Assembly: GCA_039621445.1 (NCBI GenBank)
Contig: CP154954.1
Coordinates: 7,389,425 to 7,453,424 of the forward strand
Origin: Euglena gracilis
Lineage: Eukaryota
Length of the DNA stretch: 64,000 nucleotides
Reading direction: 5' to 3'
The translations under genes were made by a program, and so were the position numbers. This document shows, piece after piece, positions 25,021 to 37,600 of this stretch (position 1 is the stretch's first letter; each line of letters opens with the position of its first letter). Below the pieces are notes generated by a model that saw only the letters and a program-made list of their open reading frames with translations, was not told the origin of the DNA and did not search any database.

Positions 25021-25429
25021 AAACCCGGGGGGGGGGGGGGGCTTTCAGTCGGAGAAACACGAAGCGGTTCATGAGGATGTGTTCGTGCGTGTGTTAAGGA
25101 TCAGGCGCCCATTGCTTCTGGTGGGGTGGGGGGGACAGACGAAGCGCCGGGGATGCTGAAAGACTTTCCGGGAATATCACTATATAGCCTGATTAGGAAG
25201 AAAAATAACGAAAAAAATATTTGAAACACAAGAAAAATGGGGAATAATTTTAGCCAATTGGCACATGGCGCGAAGTGCCAAAGGAAAAACATTCGGTGTT
25301 TTCAGAGGCCTGAAAAATGATGATTTTTTGTGACTCAGGTCGGTCAAGAAGAAACACAAAATAACGAAATAAGACCTAGGTTTTGCTTTTTTTGGGTGGG
25401 AGTTGACACCCACCAAATGTCATCAGTCA

Positions 25430-27911
25430 GTCAGTACAGGGATCTCAGGGAGGAAGGTTGTGGGGACCTGACCATTTCAGGGTGGGGGGGGGGGTTCTTG
25501 AGCGTGGCAGTTTCCAGTGGTGGGGTTGCCAGATGAGCAGCAGTTATCTTCCAGCCCTGTTCCCTCTGTCGAACCCTTGTCGAAAACTTGCACTCTTTAC
25601 TGTCTGGAAGCAGGCAACTATTTAGGATTTTTGTTTACGATCAACGCATGAGCCGGCAAGAGCTACGCCAACACAACGGACCCCCGCCGCAGCCTGCCCA
25701 TAGCTCCGCCGTAACGTGCGGCGCCGCATGCACAGGACGAGGAGCAGCCCGAGGGCGAGCACGACGCCGACCACCACGGGGGCCACGACGACGACGGTCA
25801 AGTCCATGCACCGCGGGGGCGGCCCGGCGCGGTGCGGTGAGCAGGCACAAAAAGGGAGGGGCTGCTGGATTCGGGCAGGTGGAGAAGGGAAGAGAAAGCA
25901 GCACTTTGTCCCTCGCGCGGCGCAAAAGCCCAGTGTCAGCGGTTTGTCTCCAGAAATTGCTCTTTACGGCGGTGAAGGGAATGATAACGGTGATGATCAT
26001 CACAATGGTTACCTGAATCATTAGGACAAGCACAAAAGCCCGTGCTACCGCACAGGCCCTATTTTACTGACACAGGGTGGATGCACGGGACGGAGCCGGA
26101 TCCAAGCGCAGCAGCCCACGGTGTGTTTCGGATGCCAAACCGACCCCTACGCATGGAATCGCGTTGGCATTCGCCGACAGCGCGGGCGTAGGCCGTTACA
26201 TTGCTCCCGTTAGTAGGTGGGTAGACAATAGTAACAACAGTAATAATAATAGTAATAGACAATATAATACAAATGAGCAAATGGCAGGAAGCAATCATAT
26301 CAATTTACTTGTTGCACAGTATCCTATTTCAAACCAAATAAAATGTACTTTTTCTGGTTTGTCCACCAAGAAAATACACTTCCTCTCGGTGGCTTTGATC
26401 AACATATTCCTATGAAGAATATCTATAATCCAGGTTTAATTGTAGGCCCAAATACAAGGAAATTTGTGACCGGGAGGAGGGGGAGGGCTGAAACCTAGGG
26501 GTGTATAATTCAGGGATTATTCGGGGGGAGGGTGCTCACTTGGGCACAATGAAAAGAACAGAAAAAAATCATCCAACCCAATCAAAATATACCCAGCCGG
26601 AATCCCTTATCACACTCCCCAACATCACACACCCTGCCTCCCTCGCATCAAGCAAAAAAATGAGCAAATATGGTTGCTGAGCGTTGGTTTGTGCAAAAAA
26701 ATGACGTTACGCGCGTTTGTGCATACGTCAAGTGCGTGCGTGCATGCACGAGCCTATCTATGTCTATCTACGTATGTATTATAGCCTATGCATGCATCTA
26801 CTGGAAGCAGTGGCTGGGGGGTTATGGATACTGGGGAAGAAGTTGCCAGAGACAAGCATGACACCCCACTCCACGAGTCTGGAGAAGACTCACCAAACAC
26901 AACCATCACCAGGGGGGGTCAATAGACGCGACACAGAAAAAAAAAACGCAAATTGCTTTTGTATGCAAAATCCTTTAGGAGGTCCGGGATGCAAAAATTT
27001 TCTCCTGGAGAGGACTGAGGTAAATTTGGCCAAAAGTTTGCCAATTTTTGTCATTTCTTGCATTTTGGTCAAATATTACATATTTTCATATAAATTGAAA
27101 ATTTTTCTTTGCAAAAAAATGGAAAAATTTGACAAACTTTTGGGGAAAAAAAGCCAAGAAACAAAAAACAACAACAAAAAAGCAGACCCCCCCCCTGCCA
27201 TCACCAGCCAAACCCCACGAGGGCGACGTGACGACGTGACGAGGCACCACCACCAAACACCCCAACCACGTCATGAACCAACCCACTGCAACCTCAAACT
27301 CTGCCAAGGACAACAGCCACAGGAAACATGACGAGGACCAACCCAGCAAGCAAAAGAAATCAGACAGGGGGAAGGGAATGCAGAGAATAAACTTGCAGCT
27401 GATATAAATACACTGGCCAGGCTGAAACTGACCAACCCCGAGGGGGAGGGGGTCTCGCAGACCCTGGAGTGCCCAAGTGGGCCAAAAAGTGCCCCAAAAT
27501 GGCCCTTTCTGGGCTTTCGGCACCTTCAGCGCTGGAAGTGCCTTGGCCAAGTGCCCAGGCACTTTTGGCCATGTGCCCTACCCTGCCACTGGGTCGGATC
27601 TGGGTGCCTTGAAGTGCCTGCCCAGGAGCCCCCCCCCCCCCAGGGTGCGGTCGGCACCGCCTTGAAATTCAGCCTGACACTGGCACAAAGCCACCTGGAG
27701 GCGGCAAAGCGCCATCCAGGGCAGGCCCTGAAAACCTTCTGCTGGATAACCGGAACCAAGACAATGGAGAGAAGAAGACAAGCCAAAACAGGGATTTTTC
27801 AGGGTTTCGAGAAGTAAAACGCCGGGCCAGTTTGTTGGGGGCCACGGGTAAAAGGGACGTATCACTTCCAGCAAAGCAGAGAACCAAGGAAGGGGGACGA
27901 AGGCTGTACAT
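25430..27911 (-). CDS. Probable 5' exons of a single-pass membrane protein, possibly the N-terminal half of the histidine phosphatase gene
   Basis: GC-rich exon ~25700-25830 encodes DLTVVVVAPVVVGVVLALGLLLVLCMRRRTLRR, a hydrophobic helix followed by a basic stop-transfer cluster. Other exon-like pieces: ~26165-26225 (YPPTNGSNVTAYARAVGEC), ~26350-26410 (EYVDQSHREEVYFLGG) and ~25430-25473 (GQVPTTFLPEIPVLTD). A candidate ATG at 27911 follows a poly-T tract and an AG. Junctions are not resolved. Confidence 0.45.
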
Positions 27912-27943
27912 AGGCAACTTAAAGGTTGCAATGCAAAGAAATT

Positions 27944-28003
27944 AAAAAAAAAAAAAAAACAAAAAAAAAAAAAAAAAAAAAAAAAAAGAAAAAAAGAAAA
28001 AAA
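27944..28003 (-). repeat. Poly-A tract (poly-T on the coding strand), expanded relative to the duplicate at ~2545
   Basis: About 60 nt, almost pure A, just upstream of the candidate AG and ATG at 27911. Confidence 0.9.
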
Positions 28004-28765
28004 CAGCACAAAAATTTAAAACAAAAACCATCAAAAAAAGGTCACACACCGGAGAACTGATGGTTTTTATTTGCTCAATCCCCCCCTGAATGGAAGCCGC
28101 CACCAGAATGGTGTCCCCCCCCCAAAAAGCCCTCCCCCTTCAGATTTTGACCATTGGCCCGAATGGAAGCTCCCCCCCCACAGACAGTGTACAAGGGAAG
28201 GGGGAAAAAAAACACCCCAAAAAGAAGCCCCCCCTCTCGTTTTTCGACCAACGGTCCCAATGGAAGCCGGGGGGGGCTTCTATTCAGGGGGGTTATTCTT
28301 TACATTATGTGGGCTTTGGGTCTCTCTCATTTTTTGCATCTTCTTTGTGTTGTTTATTTTTGTGCTGACTTTTCTTAAGCACCCAGGGGCTGCCTGGGCA
28401 GAAGACACACAGGGAAATATTTTCACACAAAAAGGAAATAAAACACAATGTTGGTTGGACCCGCCCCCCTTCGCCCAACGACCAGCAGGAAAAAAAAAAC
28501 GTTCAAAACATGCCTGCTGACTGGCCTGTTGACTCCGGCCAGGGAGGGGGGTCGTTAGACATGGGGAGGTCCTTAAACACAGACGGGTACAAAGCTTCTT
28601 GCTTCTGAGCTTCAACTTGATTTCTTCTAGGTCATCTTAGGTCAAAAAGAGTTGGAAACCACACTTTTCAGAGGGTGTGTAAAAGAACCAAGAATGCTTG
28701 GAATAACAACATTCAAACACAAGATTCGTCCTGCTGACGCAGGAAAACAATACATGGTCACAAGG

Positions 28766-31700
28766 TTAATTAAATGAGCTCCAAACTAGAGAACTTCTAG
28801 AGGGCGTTTGGTGTCGCTTCAGCTGCCCACCGACCCCACGGTGCCCCAAACAGGAATTATATGTTGGGGACGTTTGTACAAGCCCTGAAAGTTCAGCAAC
28901 TGGTCTGGGTGAGGATACCATCGAGACCCCGTAATGGGAAACGTTGGTACCCGAAAAGTCCAAAAATTTTACTGCAGAAAACAATCCCTGTTGTTGATGG
29001 GACTGGACAGGGTTGGCATACAAGCCTGGCGAGTGGCTTGCGGAGTTTGCGAATAAGCCAAAGGAGGCACGGCAGGCCTCGCTCACTGCAGTCAGACAGG
29101 GCAGCAGTGGGTGGGTCGGTGGGGGGTGGGGGGTCCTGCGGCGGACGAGGTGTCGAGGCGGGATCTGCGCAAGGCGCAGGCCCCTCTGCCTGACCTCCTC
29201 GGCCCCGGGGCCGCGGACAGGCACAAAGGTACAGGCGGGGGGCGGGCGGGCGGGAGGGGAATGCGAATACACAGGGCACGCTGCAGGGCACGCATGACAC
29301 AACGGCCTCAGGGTTTCCCCTCCGGCAAGCCGTCCTCAAAGCCTGCTCGGGTTTGGGGGAAGGTGAGTGGTCAGGGGCTTGTGGAGCGACGGCGCGCCTT
29401 CCATTCTCCGGAGCACAGGGGCAGGCCTTTCCATGCCAAAAAAATGCAGAGAATCAGCCCCCCCCCCTCCCCGCTGTGTGGCCAGGAAACTCGACACGCA
29501 CCGCCAGGCGAGGACCGGCCTGCGGCAGGGTCGTGGTCAGGCAGAACTCGGTGTCCCGCGTCACGGCGGCGTCCGACTGGCTGAACGGCGTGGCGTACGC
29601 CTTCCGCAGCTGCGGCCAGGCCCGTGAGTTTGCCCGGAACCGAGGGCCGCGGGGCTGTTCAACGTGGGCGTCCGTTGAGGAATCTCAACGTCGAAAACAA
29701 ATTCCAAAAAAGGTTGTCCCCTTCGCAAGGCTGCTGCTTCCCAAATCCCGGCCTGGGTGCTGCATCTCGTCCACGGTGTGCTCTGCTTCATATGCTGCCG
29801 ATGGCAGAGGCGGGTCTGGCGCGATTGGGAGTCCCCTTCGGGACGTGGCACTATGGAGGTGATGTTGAATATTGGGGGACTTGCACATATGATGCCACGC
29901 CACTTACCACATTTCCCCACTCATAAGATGAAACACCACACACAATGTGGCCATCCTGGCATTCCCAACTCCGAGAGCACACATAAATCAACACAGATCA
30001 ACACTGCTGCCCCAGTGTTGTAAGCCCCAGACAGAAACCCTGAACATGAGGTTGGCCCGCTCGAGGTACCAGCGCTTCTCTGCCTGCTCCTGCACTGCAG
30101 AATAAGTGTTGCCCATCATGGCGATGAGCAGGTTGAGCAACAGGATGACTACCAAAATGATGTACGGCGGCAGGGTGCTGACGGTGTTGGTACGGTGGAT
30201 AAACCAGCCAAAAAAAAATCAAATTTGGAGCTCTGCACCATTTGTTTCCATAACACTGACGGCCATTGCAGTACACACATCATTCCTTTCGTGGCTGCCC
30301 TCAACTCTTGGCAGCCCACTTGTTTTTGGAATATGCAGTGGGCAGACGTGCTTGCGGGAGGGAAATTCCTTGGTGCTTAAAATTAAGTCTGGAATAATTT
30401 AAGAGTACTTAGGTTAAGAGTACTTGGGACGAAGAAAAGATGCTTGGATGATGCGCTTATACAAAGAGAAAAAAAAACAAAAAAATTGGCGATTCGCGCA
30501 GAATGACACAATTTCACTTCATGTGGGAGGTCCACAATTAAATTGAAGGAATAGAGAAAGAGAGGAATAGAGATACAAATAACAGCAATATCTTGCTTCT
30601 GCAATCGTAAAAATATGAGATTTTCTCTTTTAGAAATGGCAGCCTCAACTTGCCCCGGGGGGGGAGGGCGAGTAGAAGCTCCAGGGGGGGGGGGGTTGTG
30701 TGGCGGCCCCTAGGTCACACAATTGGGGATGCTGTTCGGGATAGGGCATACATTACACCCAGATTGATGCCTTTTTTTGCAAGAAGTGTGGCACTGTTGT
30801 GTGTATTCATGTTGGTGAGTATACTTAAATGTGCAAAATGCAGCGATGCCTTCCTGGCAGCTGGTGGCCTGCTATTATAGGCATCAGTTCTGGGAGATGC
30901 CTGTCTTCCAGGCACCACAATTTATAACAATGAACATTCTACTGCTTGTCAATAACAGATGTCTGAAAAATGTTCCAGCAAATATCTCGTGGTTATGGGG
31001 TCTATTCAAATTTGGAATTGGGTTGGGGTTAGGATCGGCACACCCAAAATTGGGGACCAGAGTTAGGTGGACATTAGGCCCCCGATTGGAGAAGATTGGG
31101 CCGTGTTTGGGCAAATTGCGGGCATTCTTGCAAATTGCAGGCATTCTTCCTGAATTCCTAAAAGTTGGATTTTCCGTCAATGTGTCCCCCCCCTTGCCCA
31201 GTCACCAGTCTTGCCTCAGCAACACCCCCTGGACCTCACACAACTTTTCACTGGTCATCTTCCTGGCAATAACCTTCTACTTGGCCCCCTTGGGGGTGGG
31301 GGCAAATAGAAACCCGGTCTGACCGTCCACGGTCCCGTGCGTCCCGGAAATCCAAGGGATCTGGGGCAACCGTCGTCCTATTCAGAGGGGGGGGGGGTGC
31401 GCTGGACGGCCCTCGGAAAAAATGCGCAAAAATGCGCAAAAAAAACGCGCAAAAAATGAGCAGAGTTTGTGACATTCCTAAGAGAAAAAATACTTGGAAA
31501 AAAATTAACAATAAGCCCAAAATTAAACCAAAATCACCAAAAACAGCTGAAATGAAGGCATTTGGCCAAAAAAAAATGCACAAGCACGGCGTCACTCTCT
31601 GTTCACCATAATCAACAATGTCAGCCATGGTGCCCCTTACTTGTGACCAGGGGAGATGTGGGGTCTCTGAAAACCCTAGCGTCCTCATCATCATTGGATG

Positions 31701-34574
31701 AGTACCCACACCTCATCTCCCAAGGGTTCTTTCTTGAGACGGGTCCCTTGGGTGAAAAAAAAGTGCGGAAATGGGTTCGTTGTTTATAGAAATGGGCTAG
31801 TAGAACGTGGAAAAATTTGGTGAGCATGTGGTTTGGTTGATGTTGAAGAACCATCAAACAAATTTTTGATGTTGAAGAACGTTGTTGAAGAACACCAATG
31901 TCACGTTTGTTTTTGACATATGGACAATGTGGACAACATGGACAATATGGACAAAATGCCTCCAAAAAGTGTAAAAAAAAGTGGGAAAATGGAAAAAAAT
32001 GTGCAAAAAATGCGCAAAAATGCGCAAAAATATGCAGCGCATTCCCCCCCTGTCCTATTTGGGGAGGATTTGCGCTTATTGTTCTGGGGTGCAAAATTGT
32101 TTCCTGTATGGGCTGGAGGTGCATACTTTATGGTTGGGTGTATAAAAAAACTGGTTGTTTTTGGGGAAAAAAACCAGCAGCAGACACCTGCTCGAGACGA
32201 CGAGCAGGTTGATGAGGAGCATGCGGCCCCCGCTGAACCGCTCGCTGTAGGTCTCGAAGGGGAAATCGCCCACCAGCCCCAACAGCACAAACTGCCATTG
32301 GCAAGGGTGGGGCAGAGGGAGTGGGATTGGCAGGGTGTGGGAGGCAAAACGCTCTGCCCTTCTTTGCGTTGCCGAAAACGCGGACTTAGTTCAATTTTGC
32401 AGCTGGCATGCTGGCTCAAAGGTTTGCCCCGGCAAGAGATGGTGACTTCTAAACTTCATTCCAGGCAGTCCCTTTTCTGAAACCTTCTTTTGACCTCTAT
32501 TGAAAAAAGATCACCATTGTACCAGGTATACGAGTCTCCTTAATAAACACATGGGCAAAAAGATGAGTTCCCAAAAAAAAAGTGATAGCTACAAATCAAC
32601 TTCAAACTAAGTCCCCAACGACAGCCAAACCATGTCAAACCATGCAGAAATCTCCGAGAAGGGGGGTGGGGTCGTTGGACATTGGGACATTGGGAGGCCC
32701 ACCGCTGGGCAGAGGTGTTCCACAAAAGAATCCACGCCGCAGTGCTCTGTGTCGGCCGTCAGCATGTAGAGAGACATCGTGAAGCCGAGCAGCACCGTGA
32801 GGTTGACGCAGAGGAACACCTTCACGTCGGCGCCTGGCCCGGGGGGGGGGGGGCGTCCGCCGCCGGGAATGCAACCACCGGGGTCAACCCCTGCCCGGAG
32901 GCAGTGGTGGCGGTGAGCAGGCAGCACGAGGCGGATCACTCAAACGGTGGCGGGAGCAGGCATCACTCAAACGTGCAATTAGAATGGTCACCCCTGCCAG
33001 TTGATGGAATGAGAAGAAACCTTGCGTGAATTTTGCGGGGAAATATCCCGAAATGTGGTCCCTTCGTGGACGCAAAGCGTTGGGAACTAAAAACAACCTT
33101 TGGGAGACATCTTAGGGCACTCTGAATAATTTCTGCACCACCTCGAGAAATGGGTGGGCAGCTGCCACCACACAACTTCCTGGCGCCGTGAACCAGAGCA
33201 CAAAGGGGTGCCCGGGTGGGCAGGCACCGAGCAGGATAAAAGAAAAACTGTCCAGGGTTGCTTCTGTTCTCCGAACCTGTGCTAAGTTTACAGGAAACCA
33301 TGAACGTTCATTTCATCAAGTCGCAACGTGGGGTCGACCCACCACCCACCCACCCACCCACCCACCCAAAACACACCCAAAATGGACCAAAAAAAACATT
33401 TCAGAAACTCAGCCCCCCCCCCCCTCTCTTGGGAGGTCCTGCCAGTATTTGGTGAATATATCGTTTCAATATCTCCCCGGTCATTGGCCTGGGATATGTT
33501 GGCCCTACCAGGCCAGGGGCAAACTTTGTTGGGGGGGATTGATTCCTTCTGGAAACTGGCAAGCGAGGGGAAAGGCAATGAGCCGAGGGGCACTTGCACT
33601 GGTGCACTGAACAGAAACAACCACTGCTCGGCCAATTGTCTCTTGCATTGATAAAATGCTGTCCCTATTTCCGTGCAAACAGAGCATAGACCTTCAAATG
33701 GTTGTTTTCCCGTCTGTTTGATATAAATATACCGGATGAATCAGATGAACTTCCTCGGTATACAATCACAGATATGAATCAAATCGATTGCATCTGCAGT
33801 GGCTCCCCAAATGCCATTCGCCCCCCCCCCCAATGTCCAACCACCAGTGATCTCTGTCCTCCGACCGAGGGGGGGTGTGGTCGTTGTACATAGGGTTCTG
33901 ACCAAAACGGTGTCCTCCGACTGGGTCGTTAGACACAGAGGGTGGTTTGACACAGAAGGGGGTGTGGAAAACAACACCTGAAAACCCCCAAGGACATCCA
34001 GGCCAGCCCGTACTGCAGCATCTCCTTGATCATGATGACAAAGGGCCCCATGGACCGGAAGCCAAGCAATGACAGACCTGTCTCAAGCACTTGTTTTGCT
34101 GGAATATGATGCTGGGTATGGATGTGCATCCTAGAGGTAAAAGTGCTTCTGTTCGAACTTGATTTAGGAGAAAAATATTCACGAAATTGAGCGACCATTG
34201 CTTTCGGCAATACAAAATATCAGAGCCATGAGAGCAACAAGGACAAAAAAAGGTCAATGCAGCAACAAAAACCGACCAACTGATACCAAATGGTATGCTT
34301 TTTTTTCAGGCATATATTTATCATTTGGCAGAAGCCAAAATGCTGAGTCCATTTGACTGCATGCACTTGTGTGCAATTTCAGAAAGAGGAAACCAGCCCT
34401 GTGCAGGAAGAAGAACACATGCAGCCAACCTGTGAGGGCGGCGAAGGAGGCCGCCACGTCCACTAGCGCAGGCAGATCTGCGAGTCGAGCACAGAGGGCC
34501 GATGGCAGTAGAGTCTATTTTGTGTGGAAGCAGCGTAGAAGCCATTTTGGCGGAAAAAAAATGACATTTGCCTG

Positions 34575-34637
<63 letters not shown>

Positions 34638-37600
34638 GCACACGTGCGCGCGCACACACACACACACACATGCACACGTGCACAAGCACCCACACACACA
34701 TAGGTGGATCAATAACTTGTGCAGGCGGCATGGGGCCTTGGTTGGGCATCGCTCATTTTCCCAACCTCCTTGTCTCCCTAAGCCCCCCGTATTTCACCAA
34801 TCTTTTCAAAGGTCATCTTCCCGGGAAGCACTCCTTCAGGTGTATTGTCGTGCCAGGAAACAAAAAGTACAGTAAAAATTGGCGGGATTTGAAATGCTAA
34901 GTAACATGTTCAGTATACATGAATGTCGTATTTGTAGCAATGTGAAAACAAACACATGGAACCCCTGCCCCACACACACTCATCATCCATTTCATTGCGG
35001 GGTTCACAACAATGCAGCGCCTCTGGCAGGAGGGCCACGGAGGACAGGAACAAGAAACAAAACACATTGCCCAGCGTCGCCTCGACGGCCGCCGCCCCAT
35101 GCGCCTCATAGACTGGGAGGGGTGCGCATGGGGAGGGGGCAAGGACAACCAAGAGGGCCAAACAGAAAGCGTAAATGTAAATGATGACAAAACCACAAGA
35201 GGAGCACAGACGGACATGGCAGTGACACACACCATTTCCCCTATGTACAGTAGGGAAACGAAACTGTGGGACACCTGAGAATTTTGTGGGTCGTGCCCAA
35301 CCCCCAGCTCCAAAACCTCTGCCAGCCCATGGGATGTGGTGATGGTGTGTGCACACTGGCATGGCCCTGCCCCACGCAGCAGTGCCCCAGCCAGCTCTGC
35401 TGCAGCACGCTGTGCAAAAGTCAGGCCAACCCTATGCGAGCAAGTCGTTTTTATTTTCTGACCCCTTTTGGACTGCGAAGCAAACCCAGCCTCAGGTAAG
35501 GGGACGAGGCGGCTCACACTGCAGTGAGTGGCATTGGACCCTAACTTTGAATAATGCAAGTTAGCAACCCCTGGCCTCGACATGCCGACTAGTTTGGGCT
35601 AAAACATTGGGGTCAGAAAATAGAAAATACCTGCTAACATAGAGTTGGCCTGAATTTTGCACAGCGTGATGCAGCAGAGCTGGCTGGGGCACTGCTGCGT
35701 GGGGCAGGGCCACGCCAGTGTGCACACACCATCACCACATCCCATGGGCTGGCAGAGGCTTTGGAGCTGGGGTTGGTTATGACCCACAAAATTCTCAGGT
35801 GTCCCACTATTTAGTTTCCCTACTGTACAATGAAGAAATAATGTCCAGTTTATTCATTTCCGAAAAAACAATGTGCATGCCTGCATGCTGGAATGCTTAC
35901 ACACATACAAATAAATTGCCTGCCAGCCTGCCTGCATGCAGAGCAGCACACGCATAAAAAATGTGAAAGATACATACACTTTGGAAAAATTGGATAATAA
36001 CCACCATTTTCCCACATGAATCAGGAAAAACCACAGGAAAAAAAATACTTTAACTGTTAGTCCGTCAGTCAATCCGTTTAGGCTCTGCTCTATGAAATCT
36101 TTCAAAAAAAATGAGTATGGGCCGGAGGAACACATCTGCAGCGCAGCCCTGAACCGCACACCTCACAGATTGATGCTCAAATGGGAGGGTAAGCACCAAT
36201 TGCGAACCACCCACACCAGGCTCCTTCCCTGGGGGGCGGGGGGCTGGACTCAACACACCCAAAAAAAGGCCATTTGCAATCATCATACCATGTCGAAATA
36301 TTGAACAATCAACTGTGCCTTCGCCAAATGGTCAAAGATGATGCTGCTTTATCAGCTTTTCTTGTTGCACAAATTCGATCCCCATCGACACCGTGAAAAA
36401 CATTGTCGAAAAAGGTGTGTCTATCAAATGCAGAGAACGAGCGTGGGTCGCACATCCAGAGAACGAGCAGTCAATTCACTGAGCAAAATCTCCGTACCCA
36501 CATAAGAAACTTAAGTTGGATTGGGGCTGGCTGGCTGGGCTTGTAGCACCCCCCCCCCCCGGCGGACGTTACTGGAGCACGACTGGGTGGAACTTTGGGC
36601 TCCATCCTGCGGAGTGTCTGCAAACCTCACATATACATACCACGCCTTTTCATGGAAAGGTGGAAGCCTGATCCACACAGCCCTCCACCCCACTGACAGG
36701 AGAACCAACAGCCCCAGTGCCTGCACTGCGAGGGCGACCGGGTGGCCCTGCGGCACACCAGAAGCACTGCAGCGGTGGTTGTTGGAGCACAGCGGGCAGC
36801 CAGTGTTGTCATACCCACCACGTTTTTTGCATTCTTAGGTTTCCAAGACAGGTGTGCGCATCCAGCTGCATGGATACATAATACCATCCAATTCCAACTC
36901 CAAAGCAAATTTCCCTCAATGCACCTCCCATTGTCCCCCAACATGAGCAAATTTAGCCCAAAATGGATCATTTCTCAAAAAAGTAATATACTCCAAAATT
37001 TTTCTGATACTGAGGGGGTTTATAGGTGGGCAGTGAAATGAAACCCCCTGGGGGGCTTGCAATTCAGGGGGCGGGGGGCTTGCATTTGTGGGTCGTGGTT
37101 TATCTAAACGCCTAATACGGTCAAACCCAATTGGATGAAAATTATGAATTGAATTGAATGCAAAAGCCATTGTAAATAATCTGTCATTATCGAGGAACCT
37201 TAGAAGACCAAGAGAGCTTTGGTTTACTTCCGGAAGGTGTCAGGGTCGCAATGAAAAAGAGAAGAGCCACAAGGCAAAAGAAAAGGGGGCCGTTGAACCC
37301 GACGCCCTTTGGCCCATCCCAGGCTTTTAATTGTGGACCTGCCCCCCGGGAAGTTATCACCCAAAGCTGTTGGCAAGCACACAAGCATCAGTGATAAATA
37401 CCCGTATGGACTTGGGATGATTTTCCAAAATGGAAAATCATGTGATGGGCTCAAAAAATGACAACTTCAGCAGGGTAAATGACAACAGAGGCGGGGGGCA
37501 ACTTCCCCTGGGGGGGGGGGTCAAATTGGAGGAGGGGGGGGGGGGCTGAGTTGTAGGGCAGCCCCTGGGTGGGCAAGATGCTGGCGGCGGTCCAGGCCAG

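Noticed and set aside
35020-35035. Apparent R-to-L substitution (VALR versus VALL) in copy 2
   Set aside because: The differing bases fall inside the intron once the C|GA junction is used.
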